Below, piece after piece: positions 55,421 to 64,000 of a DNA stretch of 64,000 nucleotides. The number at the start of each line of letters is the position of its first letter. Position 1 is the first letter of the stretch. The notes under the pieces are model-generated. The model saw only the letters and a list, made by a program, of their open reading frames with translations, ran no database searches and was not told the DNA's origin. Source of the stretch: an uncultured Porphyromonadaceae bacterium (GTDB lineage: Bacteria; Bacteroidota; Bacteroidia; Bacteroidales; Muribaculaceae); assembly GCA_946414395.1 (NCBI GenBank), contig CAMKOE010000005.1, positions 14,712 through 78,711 on the forward strand, given 5' to 3'. The translations under genes were made by a program, and so were the position numbers.

Positions 55421-56485
55421 TTACTTGTCCAGGACGACGAAGTCATAGACCGAAAACTGGTTAAGATAAACCGAATCATTGCCAGATAAACCAACGTCTC
55501 TGCTACTGATCTTGCCGTTTATTTCAACAGGTTCAGTCCCCTTGAAGATGCTTGTATTTCCTCTGGGCGGGAGATCGCCAAAGTAACTGCCGGTGAGCGT
55601 ATAGACGTCATTGCCGTGGCGTTGCACCTCGATGATCGTATTACCTTCAGGAGCATTAAGCGGATATTCCTGGCCATTGACCATCAGCACCAATCCGCTG
55701 CGCCGATAGCCAGCCATATAGGGGATGCCACCGGCAATCGCGATTTTGGGCCTAGGGTAGGAATACCTGGCTCTATTGTCAAGGGCAAAATCTTGGGGTA
55801 ACTGGTGCGCTTCACCGTTGAGCCACCAGTAGGGCGACTGGTAGTTGCCATTGCCGACAAACGCCAGCGTGTCTTTCCCGTTTTTAACGATTTCTTCGAC
55901 AGGTGTGTAGTCCCGATCGACTTGAATCGGGAGTGAATAAATCTTGCCGTTGAGCCAGTAGGTGGGCGTGCCGTAGTGCCCGTTATAGTAAGCCCTGGCA
56001 ATGAGGTCGCCGTGGTCCACGCTGAGGCCGTAGATGAACAGTTCCTCGCTGTCGTACTCATAGAGTTGCCGCTCGTTCTTGCAGATTCTTGCCGTGTAGT
56101 GATAGGTGTATTTAAAATCAGGTGCCTTGTCCCACTGCAGGGTGTAGATGTCACCGTTTTCCACGGCAAGGCTCCTGATCTCGTTGGGCGTGGAGATGAC
56201 GACCTTGCCGTTCTTCAAGATGCGGTAGATCGAGTCGCTGTTGGACTGCAGCACGCCATACCAGTTCTTGCCCTCGCCTGTCAACTGGGTGATGCCATAG
56301 CCCTTGGGGCTCTCAAATATCAGTTTACCATTGGAGTCATATATATAGTACCCTCCCAGGCTTCCGGTAAATATTTCCAGATAGATGCGTGCCGATTTGC
56401 CCTCACTGGGCCCGTCCTTGCCATTATCGTCACAGGCCACCAGTGCCAGCAGCCCCGCCAGCAATATGAAAAATATCTTTTTCAT
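55421..56485 (-). CDS. Lipoprotein, beta-propeller-like
   Basis: LVAC lipobox; repeated YW.NG motifs. Confidence 0.75.
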   Translation of the reverse strand: MKKIFFILLAGLLALVACDDNGKDGPSEGKSARIYLEIFTGSLGGYYIYDSNGKLIFESPKGYGITQLTGEGKNWYGVLQSNSDSIYRILKNGKVVISTPNEIRSLAVENGDIYTLQWDKAPDFKYTYHYTARICKNERQLYEYDSEELFIYGLSVDHGDLIARAYYNGHYGTPTYWLNGKIYSLPIQVDRDYTPVEEIVKNGKDTLAFVGNGNYQSPYWWLNGEAHQLPQDFALDNRARYSYPRPKIAIAGGIPYMAGYRRSGLVLMVNGQEYPLNAPEGNTIIEVQRHGNDVYTLTGSYFGDLPPRGNTSIFKGTEPVEINGKISSRDVGLSGNDSVYLNQFSVYDFVVLDK

Positions 56486-56506
56486 CTTATTCTCATTTAA
56501 TCAACG

Positions 56507-57349
56507 TTATTGCCAGAGGGACTGTCCAGAAAGGCGCTGCAGGCTGGTCAAGATGATGTCATGGGAGCGGCCCATGTCGCCACCCACGCCTTGCTGCTTG
56601 CAGCAGAACTTGATGAAATTGGCCAGCAGGACTTGCTGCTCCACGGGGAGCGTCTCGTCATAGTGGTAGGCCATGAAACCGCCCAATAAATAAGATGTAT
56701 AGTCGAGCCACGAATGAGAGGTGGAACTGGGGGCGTGGATGCGTCTCTTGTGGAGCATCTCCTTGGCCAGTGTTGAGACTTGGTCTTGGCTGAACGCCTG
56801 ATAATCGGCTGCGGTGCTCATGACCAGCACCCATGATGCCAGATCGAACTCCTCAACCAATGTGATTCCATCACGTTCGGCCTCAATTCTCTTGCAGCCT
56901 AATCGACAGTACAGGTCAATCAAAGACTGTGCACCGCCTTTACGCTTCATGAGTTCCTCATAGCCGTTAAACCTCGTCATGACCGACAGAATGCCGTCAT
57001 AGATGTCGTTAAAATAGCCCCAATTGAAATGGTAGGGGTGGTTGAAGCAGGTCCATGCCAGATTGGCCGTTGACATGTTCTTGAGCAGATCGTTGGGGAC
57101 ATTGCACATTTCCATGAGTTCGTCGCCCGTCTGGGCTTCGCCCTTGTGCGCCTGCCAGTAGTCAAACGTGTAGCCCTCGCCCTGCAGGTTGCTGTCGTCG
57201 ATTGTGGGCGTTGGCCACATCTTGAAGTCCCCTACGGGCATTACAGGCGACGCGGGGTTGTCCTGGATAACGGGCTCGGGCTCGTCGGTCGTGCAGGCTG
57301 CCAGGGCCATCAGGGCCATCATTGCCATCGAAATCATTTTCTTTTTCAT
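56507..57349 (-). CDS. Lipoprotein (280 aa)
   Basis: MKKK...LAAC lipobox; start at 57349. Confidence 0.75.
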   Translation of the reverse strand: MKKKMISMAMMALMALAACTTDEPEPVIQDNPASPVMPVGDFKMWPTPTIDDSNLQGEGYTFDYWQAHKGEAQTGDELMEMCNVPNDLLKNMSTANLAWTCFNHPYHFNWGYFNDIYDGILSVMTRFNGYEELMKRKGGAQSLIDLYCRLGCKRIEAERDGITLVEEFDLASWVLVMSTAADYQAFSQDQVSTLAKEMLHKRRIHAPSSTSHSWLDYTSYLLGGFMAYHYDETLPVEQQVLLANFIKFCCKQQGVGGDMGRSHDIILTSLQRLSGQSLWQ

Positions 57350-57371
57350 ATCTTTATTGTCGTTTAAGTGG

Positions 57372-60041
57372 TTAATTGACGGTTTCTTGGGTGCGCTGCA
57401 GGGGGGCGTCGTTGCCGCTGCGGCGCTTGAAGGGGTTGTTGATGGTGTTGAACGTCCACCGCGCGATGACCTGGATGCTGCGGGAGTCGTTGTTGACCTG
57501 AGTGCTGTTGAATACACCCAGGTAGTTGGTCTCGCTGCGGGTGCTCATGCCGCGGTTCAGCACGTCATGATAGTTGGCGCCCAGCATGAGCCTGCCCTTG
57601 AAGAACGTGGCCCTCACGCTCAGGTTCAATCCCAACATCGAGTTGCAGCGGGTATAGCCCGTCGTCCAGGGTGTCGAGTAGAGCACGCTGCATCCCAGCA
57701 TCAACTGCCGCAGCACGTTGTACTGCACATTGCCGTGCAGCAGGCCATAGGGGCGCTTCTCGGTCTCCAGTCCCAGCACGGGGATGGTGATGCGGGGCAG
57801 CGTACCCGAAGCCAGCAGGTAGAGGCTGACCCTGTCGGTGCTGAGCGAGTAGTCCAGGTCGAGCGTCCAGGCGTGATAGGGGTTGATGTTGATGGGGCTC
57901 TGGCGCAACGTTCCCGACTGGAGCAACTGGTGTATCGTCTGGATGCCGTTCTCCACGTGGCGATAAGAGGCCTGGACGTTGAAGTGGCGATAATGTGCCG
58001 CGAGGCTGACGCGGTCGGTCACCGTGGGGCGCAACAGGGGGTTTCCGGTAGCAATGTCGTCGGCATAGACGTAGGTGACGCCGGGCGACAGGCTGTTGCT
58101 GGAAGAAACGGATTGTGACTGGGTGGGAAATACCATGAAATCGGTACCCGCCAGTGCTGAGTAGCCCAGACTGCTGTAAGGCAGGATGTTAAAGTAAAAA
58201 GTTGAGCGCAACTGGTTGTAGGACGGGCGCACGAGGGTGCGGCGGTAATTGGCCGTGAGGTCAAAGTCGCGATTCACACGGTAGCCGACATTGACATGGG
58301 GCAGCAAGTCATGGTAGTCCTTCTTGTAGCGGATGACGACGTCCTGGATACTGCTCGTGTGGTCATACTCGTAACGCAACCCCGCGCTGACACGCCAGCG
58401 GTTCCATTGCCTGGCGACGGAATAATAGGCCGCAGCCCAATCGTTGTTGCGGTTGATCTGCTGTGTGTCGTGGTCCTTGGTCGCCTCGCCGTAGTTGCCC
58501 GCGTGTCCCCATTCCAGGCCGGTCTTGTGCTGCCAGCAGAGGGCGGCAAAATCATACCTTGCCGTCGCCGTGGTGATGTCATAGTCGTTGGAATAGTGTA
58601 TCGTCTGGTTACGCTGATAATACTGATCGACAATCTTCTGGTCGTTGGTCTGCCGCGAGGTGGCATAGTCAGCGATGACCAGCAACTGGGCATCATCGCT
58701 GGGCTGCCACGAGTAACTGGCCGAGAAACTGTTGTTCACCGAGCCCAGTTTCATTGCGTTGTCATCATCGGTGCGGATCATGTAGTAAGAGTTGCCGCTG
58801 GTGTGCCGGAATTGCCGCGTCACTTGCAGGTCAAGCCCCGTCGTGCTGTAGCCGCCATTGTATTGCAGGCCCAGCACACTTCTCGGTGTCAAAGCATAGT
58901 TGATGCCGGCAAACACGCGGTAGTCGTTACCGTTGCCCACATAGTGGATGGTGTCGTCCTTGTTGCTGTCGTAGATGTGGGTATGCTGCGTGTTGGAACT
59001 GCGGGAATTGTAATGGTTGTAACTCATCGAGATGTTACCCGATAACCTGTTGTACTTGCCGTCGATGGCCAGGGTCGTGGCGTTCGACACCTTATGCTTG
59101 AAATCGACCACATCGGTCACACTGGCTCCCAGGTAATTCTTGAGGGAACTGTGGGTGTAGATCTTGATGACGGCATCGGCCGTGGACGCATATTGGGCGC
59201 CTGGGTCGCGGATGACCTCGATGCGCTTGATGTCCTGGGAATTGAGCATCGAGAGTTCGGCCACGTCGTGAATGAGGCGGTTGTTGATATAGACAAGTGT
59301 GCCCTCGCGGCCGATGACCCTGATGTTATCTCCAGCGTCAATCATCACCCCTGGAGTCCAGCGCAACAGGTCAATTGCATTGCCGGCATGACCCATCAGC
59401 GTGCCGTCCAGGTTGGTCAAGACGTAACTGGTGCCTTCTTGCTGCAGGTTGATGACCGGTGCCATCACTTGAGTACCCATGAGGGGCGTGATGGAGCGTT
59501 CCATCCTGATGGTGCCAACCCTGGTGGGCTTGAAACGCCGATACACGGTCTTGTAGCCCACATGGCTGATGCGAGCGATGACCGGTGACTGGTCCACCGG
59601 AATGACAAACACGCCGCTGCCATTTGTCACGCCACCGGTGATAAAGGACGAATCGGCTGGATTGAACAGCATCACGTTGGCAAACTCCAGGGCCTGGGAT
59701 TTCTCATCCACCAGTCGGCCAATCAAGCGGTAATCAGCCTTGTGGGTACACTCGACGTAGATTTCATGGCCGTCCCCCTTGGTGGTCATGGCAATGGGAT
59801 AAAAACCGATAAGTTGCCTGATGGCATCGGGGATGGTCTGGTTATTGACGGTGGCCGTGACACTGAAGTCCTCCAGGTCGTTGAAGATGAACACGATGCG
59901 GTACCTGTCGGTCTGATCCTGCAAGTACCTGAGGGCATCACTCATCGACACGTTGTCAAACCGATGAGTGACCCGCTGCGCACTGGCGGTCATCGCCGTG
60001 AGGCACAGCGCCATCAATAATATCAGCCAGCGTCCGGTCAT
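57372..60041 (-). CDS. TonB-dependent-type outer-membrane receptor with N-terminal signalling domain
   Basis: Signal peptide, STN-like domain, carboxypeptidase-regulatory-like domain, plug (IKRIEVI..PGAQY), barrel with GNP.LRP. Confidence 0.85.
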   Translation of the reverse strand: MTGRWLILLMALCLTAMTASAQRVTHRFDNVSMSDALRYLQDQTDRYRIVFIFNDLEDFSVTATVNNQTIPDAIRQLIGFYPIAMTTKGDGHEIYVECTHKADYRLIGRLVDEKSQALEFANVMLFNPADSSFITGGVTNGSGVFVIPVDQSPVIARISHVGYKTVYRRFKPTRVGTIRMERSITPLMGTQVMAPVINLQQEGTSYVLTNLDGTLMGHAGNAIDLLRWTPGVMIDAGDNIRVIGREGTLVYINNRLIHDVAELSMLNSQDIKRIEVIRDPGAQYASTADAVIKIYTHSSLKNYLGASVTDVVDFKHKVSNATTLAIDGKYNRLSGNISMSYNHYNSRSSNTQHTHIYDSNKDDTIHYVGNGNDYRVFAGINYALTPRSVLGLQYNGGYSTTGLDLQVTRQFRHTSGNSYYMIRTDDDNAMKLGSVNNSFSASYSWQPSDDAQLLVIADYATSRQTNDQKIVDQYYQRNQTIHYSNDYDITTATARYDFAALCWQHKTGLEWGHAGNYGEATKDHDTQQINRNNDWAAAYYSVARQWNRWRVSAGLRYEYDHTSSIQDVVIRYKKDYHDLLPHVNVGYRVNRDFDLTANYRRTLVRPSYNQLRSTFYFNILPYSSLGYSALAGTDFMVFPTQSQSVSSSNSLSPGVTYVYADDIATGNPLLRPTVTDRVSLAAHYRHFNVQASYRHVENGIQTIHQLLQSGTLRQSPININPYHAWTLDLDYSLSTDRVSLYLLASGTLPRITIPVLGLETEKRPYGLLHGNVQYNVLRQLMLGCSVLYSTPWTTGYTRCNSMLGLNLSVRATFFKGRLMLGANYHDVLNRGMSTRSETNYLGVFNSTQVNNDSRSIQVIARWTFNTINNPFKRRSGNDAPLQRTQETVN

Positions 60042-60721
60042 TGGCCCTGAGTGGTTGTCTGGGTGACGATGAGTCGGTCACCCGTGTGCTGGATGGTAAA
60101 GGATTCAAAACTGCCCAACATGTCAACCACCTTGTCGAGCGTGTAGGACGGCTCCCAGCGGTAATACAGGCGCAAGGAGCGCACGTCATCGCCATGCCAC
60201 TCCACCTGGACATTATATCTCTCCGCCATGTCGTCAAGGATCTGCTCCAGCGGCACGTTGTCATAGAGGTGCCCCTCATCCTGCGACGACAGTACTTCCT
60301 CTTGGGCATCGGATACATCTTCACTCGAGCGACCGGCAATGGTGACAGCGGCATGTCCAGCGTCATGACGGCCCGGATGCTCCTCACGCAGCAACCCGAA
60401 TCCGCGCGTCTGCACCGCAGCCACAATAATGCCGGCAAAAACAAGGATGATTGCCACGGCGGCGGCCACCCTGCGCCAGGGTGAACGCGAGGGTGTGATA
60501 GCATGGGGATGCTCCGCCACCAGCCGTTCCCACTCCTGCTGGATGGCCCTGCCGTCGGCCTGCTGGTCAAAGCGTTGCGCATCCACGGCGCTCCTGGTGG
60601 CCGACATCATCGAGTAGAGTGCACGGCAGTGCTCGTCGGCCAGGATTTCGCGCCACTGCCCGTCGTCATATTCCTCGGGGTGTTCCATCATGCGGAACAG
60701 CATTTCGGTCTTGTCCATCAT
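60038..60721 (-). CDS. FecR-like anti-sigma factor
   Basis: Single TM; C-terminal YDNVPLEQIL..MA..Y.V.V (DUF4974-like). Confidence 0.8.
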   Translation of the reverse strand: MMDKTEMLFRMMEHPEEYDDGQWREILADEHCRALYSMMSATRSAVDAQRFDQQADGRAIQQEWERLVAEHPHAITPSRSPWRRVAAAVAIILVFAGIIVAAVQTRGFGLLREEHPGRHDAGHAAVTIAGRSSEDVSDAQEEVLSSQDEGHLYDNVPLEQILDDMAERYNVQVEWHGDDVRSLRLYYRWEPSYTLDKVVDMLGSFESFTIQHTGDRLIVTQTTTQGQ

Positions 60722-61209
60722 CCCAATTGCTTTAATGTTAAACGTAGTTGATCCATCGCGGCTCGCAGGTGTTTATAAATTGTCGTCTCACTCACCTGGA
60801 AGTGGGCAGCGATCTTCTTGAATGTCATGCCGTCACGGTAGTGCATCAGCACAATCTCGCGGCACATGGGCGGCTCAAGGCGCCCGAGGGCATCCTGGAG
60901 GGCGTGGATGCTAGGCTCATCAAGAATCAGCGCCTGGGTCTCCTCATCCAGGGGGTAACACATCATGGCCTGCTCGCGGACGCTGCGGGCGCGCATCTCG
61001 TTCAGGCACCTGTTGCGCATGCAGGTCATCAGAAAACTCCGGGCCTTGCTGTCCTGAAAACTGGCCTTGCCATCAAGCAGTTGGGCAAAGATGTCATGCA
61101 CGATATCCCTGGCCTCCTCCTCGTCATGCAGCAGCATGACCCCCAGGCGGCACATCTCGTGATAGTGTGCCTTAAACAGCCTTTCAATATGCCGATTCTT
61201 GATTGCCAT
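60718..61209 (-). CDS. ECF RNA polymerase sigma factor
   Basis: EEARDIVHDIF, RNRCLN, MTFKKIA....SETTIYKHL. Confidence 0.9.
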   Translation of the reverse strand: MAIKNRHIERLFKAHYHEMCRLGVMLLHDEEEARDIVHDIFAQLLDGKASFQDSKARSFLMTCMRNRCLNEMRARSVREQAMMCYPLDEETQALILDEPSIHALQDALGRLEPPMCREIVLMHYRDGMTFKKIAAHFQVSETTIYKHLRAAMDQLRLTLKQLG

Positions 61210-61417
61210 TCACTATTAAGACACGCAACTTGTCATATACTAAACCTTAAATGTCAAAAAATCTTTCTTTTGAGGCTGTGTCATCATTCTCTCGCTTGTT
61301 TTAAATCGGCCTAACGGCCGAGAAATCAAAAAAATTGTATAAAATAGTTCCAGTCGCCATTTATGACACAGCCTCACCGTGTCCCCCAAAAACCAATTGG
61401 GCGTTTTTTCAAAAAAA

Positions 61418-61966
61418 CTATAGTGCTGATGCCGTCACCTGGCCCAAAATCTGGAGCAGAGTGGCGGTGCTGGTGGCGACGAGGGTGCGGGAGAGGTTCT
61501 TGCCGCGGGCAAAGGGCGTGTGCGTCATGTCCACGAGTTGCTGCAGGGTGGCATCATACATGCCGTCGAGGTTGGCCACGATGATGGGCCGTGGGTCGTC
61601 GTTACCGATGGTCATCACGGCGAGGGTGGACATCCACTCGTCGAGGGTGCCAATGCCGCCGGGCAGCACCACAAAGGCGTCTCCGTGCTCGATCATGTAC
61701 TGCTTGCGGTCACCCAGGTTGGCGGTATGCACCGCATCGTCGCACACGGGATCCAGCCGATGCCTGAACATCTCGGGAATGACACCCGTGACGTGACCGC
61801 CCGCCTCATGGACGGCGCTGGCGGTGAGGTGCATCAGTCCGGCATTGGAGCCGCCGTAGAGCAGTGTGTGGCCATGCTGCCCTATCCATCGACCCAATTC
61901 ACGGGCCAACTGCTGGTATTTCTCCTCCAGCCCCTCCTGGGAACTGCAATAAACGACTATTTTCAT
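61418..61966 (-). CDS. LOG-family (TIGR00730) nucleotide phosphoribohydrolase
   Basis: YGG...GLM, RK..M, LPGGIGTLDE. Confidence 0.92.
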   Translation of the reverse strand: MKIVVYCSSQEGLEEKYQQLARELGRWIGQHGHTLLYGGSNAGLMHLTASAVHEAGGHVTGVIPEMFRHRLDPVCDDAVHTANLGDRKQYMIEHGDAFVVLPGGIGTLDEWMSTLAVMTIGNDDPRPIIVANLDGMYDATLQQLVDMTHTPFARGKNLSRTLVATSTATLLQILGQVTASAL

Positions 61967-62070
61967 AATCTCCTAATATATAGAATGAAAACAATAAATA
62001 CAAAACTATCCCGCTTGTCGCGCTAATGCCGTTGTCTTTATTGTTTTCATTTAAGTTATGCTTTTGTGAG

Positions 62071-62823
62071 TTAGAGGACGACTTCGTTGATGATGTGCTT
62101 GACTTCCTTGAAGAGGTAGTCGTGGACGGTGCCGTCCTCGTGACGCAGCGACAGGGTGCCGTCGGGGGCGATGCCGGCAACGCTGGCCATGAAGCGGTGG
62201 CCTGCCGCATCCTCATAGGGGTGCGTCTGGCCATCGTTGCGGTAGAGGGCGGCCATGTAGCGGCTGTGCAGGTTCTGACGGGCGCTGTCGTCGGCCAACG
62301 TGTCCACCAACGCCTCGATGCGGGAGCAGACGCGCTTCAACAGCGTCGTCAAGTCGTGCTCATGGCCCGTGATATTGATCAGGGACACGGGGTTGGGCGC
62401 ATCACTCAAGAAGCGTTCCTGATTCACATTGAGGCCGATGCCGATGATGCTTGTGGCAATGTCGCTGCCGTCGAGCGAATTCTCGATCAACATGCCGCAG
62501 GCCTTCTTGTCGTGCCAATAGACGTCGTTGGGCCACTTGACAGAGAAACCGTCGCCAGCCTCGGCTGTCATGGCCTCGACAACGGCCAGCGAAGCCGCCT
62601 CGCTCAAGTAGAACTGGTCACGGGCCTTGACGGGCGGGCGCTTGAGCAACAGCGAGAAGGTGAGGTTCTTGCCGTCCTCGCTCTCCCAGGAATTGCCCTT
62701 CTGACCACGGCCTGCCGTCTGGCTAGGGGTATAAATGACCGTACCGCCCGGCAGCGTGGCTGCCAAGCGGGACAGGTAGGTGTTGGTGCTCGCCGTCTGG
62801 CTGACCTTGATGTAATGTGGCAT
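62071..62823 (-). CDS. birA: Biotin-protein ligase
   Basis: STN, QTAGRGQ, KWPND, K.CGMLIE, GIGLNVN. Confidence 0.95.
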   Translation of the reverse strand: MPHYIKVSQTASTNTYLSRLAATLPGGTVIYTPSQTAGRGQKGNSWESEDGKNLTFSLLLKRPPVKARDQFYLSEAASLAVVEAMTAEAGDGFSVKWPNDVYWHDKKACGMLIENSLDGSDIATSIIGIGLNVNQERFLSDAPNPVSLINITGHEHDLTTLLKRVCSRIEALVDTLADDSARQNLHSRYMAALYRNDGQTHPYEDAAGHRFMASVAGIAPDGTLSLRHEDGTVHDYLFKEVKHIINEVVL

Positions 62824-62829
62824 GGCGGA

Positions 62830-63282
62830 TCAGGCGGTGGCGGGGAATGTCATCTTCAACGTGCGGCTATTATCCTCATTGACGGTAATATCGACGCGCA
62901 CGGTGTCGTCGGGCAGCAGGCCGTCGATGCGCTCGGGCCACTCGATGAAGCACAAGGCGCCGCTGTCAAAGTAGTCCTCGGCTCCCAGGTCAACGGCTTC
63001 TTCCTCCTTCTCCAGGCGATAGCAGTCAAAGTGGTAAATCAGTTCGGCCGTCGTGTCGCTGCGGTACTCGTTGATGATGGCAAACGAGGGCGAGTTGGTC
63101 ACGTCACTCTCGACGCCCAGTTGCTTGCACAGCGCGTTTATAAACGTGGTCTTGCCGGCACCCATCTCGCCATAGAAGGCATAGACGGTCTGGTCGCCCA
63201 TCTCGGTCATGAACTTGTAGGCGGCATCCTCGAGGGCCTCCAGGTTGGGGATGGCTATTTCGATGATTCTGTTTTCTTTCAT
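62830..63282 (-). CDS. tsaE: tRNA threonylcarbamoyladenosine biosynthesis ATPase
   Basis: [29 protein letters not shown]. Confidence 0.96.
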   Translation of the reverse strand: MKENRIIEIAIPNLEALEDAAYKFMTEMGDQTVYAFYGEMGAGKTTFINALCKQLGVESDVTNSPSFAIINEYRSDTTAELIYHFDCYRLEKEEEAVDLGAEDYFDSGALCFIEWPERIDGLLPDDTVRVDITVNEDNSRTLKMTFPATA

Positions 63283-63316
63283 TTCTCAGTTATGGTTATT
63301 TCAGGGTTATTGATGT

Positions 63317-64000
63317 TCACTTGGGTGACAACGTCACGATGGGCACGAGCATCTCTTCCATCGAGATGCCGCCGTGCTGGAACGTGTCGTTGTAGTAGGA
63401 CACGTAGTAGTTGTAGTTGTTCGGGTAGGCAAAGAAGTCCCTGTTGGTCGCAAAGATGTAGGTGCTCGAGATGTTGGGAGCAGGCAGGCCCACGCGTTTG
63501 GGCTGCTTGATCTCATACACCTGCTTGGGGTTGTAAGTCAGGCTCTTGCCCACCTTGTAGCGCAGGTTGGTGTTGATGTTCTTGTCGCCGATGACGTTGA
63601 TGGGACGGTCCACCTTGATGGTGCCGTGGTCGGTGGTGAGCACGACCTTATACCCGTTCTCGGCCATGAGTTTGAAAATGTCAAGCACATTGGAGTTCTT
63701 GAACCACGAGACGGTCACCGAGCGGTAGGCCTCGTCGGTGTTGGCCAGTTCGCGTATCATCTTGGACTCGGTGCGGGCATGCGAGAGCATGTCCACAAAG
63801 TTGAACACCAGCACGTTGAGTTCATAGTTCTTGAACATGCCGAAGTTCTGCATCAGTTTCTCGCCGGCAGCGCTGTCGTTCATCTTGTTGTAGGAGAAGT
63901 GGAACTTGCGGCGGTAGCGGTCGAGCAGGGTCTGGATCAATGGCGCCTCGTTCAGGTTCTTGCCCTCCTCACTCTCCTCATCGACCCAGAGGTCGGGGAA
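63317..64000 (-). CDS. porX: PorX-type response regulator, PglZ domain (truncated by window edge)
   Basis: NFVDMLSHARTES, TTDHG, TFQHGGISMEEM; usual porX-tsaE synteny. Confidence 0.88.
   Translation of the reverse strand, partial: FPDLWVDEESEEGKNLNEAPLIQTLLDRYRRKFHFSYNKMNDSAAGEKLMQNFGMFKNYELNVLVFNFVDMLSHARTESKMIRELANTDEAYRSVTVSWFKNSNVLDIFKLMAENGYKVVLTTDHGTIKVDRPINVIGDKNINTNLRYKVGKSLTYNPKQVYEIKQPKRVGLPAPNISSTYIFATNRDFFAYPNNYNYYVSYYNDTFQHGGISMEEMLVPIVTLSPK

Overview
Bacteroidales-type chromosome segment (TAnnTTTG promoters, porX-tsaE-birA, ECF sigma/anti-sigma/TonB-receptor cluster). It carries an apparently complete ~43-kb temperate siphovirus-like prophage integrated in the 3' end of tRNA-Pro(CGG) just downstream of polA, bounded by a 22-bp direct repeat (2098-2119 / 45128-45149). 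Phage modules are integrase, tail/tape measure, terminase, capsid/ClpP protease, a separate portal/lysis block, primase-helicase and a cro/repressor switch. Less ordinary elements: an AT-rich cargo island (22.5-29 kb) with two uncharacterised three-gene candidate defence systems (Dam-type MTase + ParB-like + PD-(D/E)xK nuclease; TIGR04255-like + WDGY-motif protein + putative ADP-ribosyltransferase-fold toxin), HicAB and a DUF5053 pair; a P4-CI/P1-C4-like antisense-RNA leader; a ~0.9-kb densely hairpinned non-coding region; a phage-specific GTCTTTT-N20-TAnnTTTG promoter found five times; a GTAC-rich nested palindrome (likely origin); and several small ncRNA candidates. All protein calls come from motifs recognised by eye; no database searches were run.
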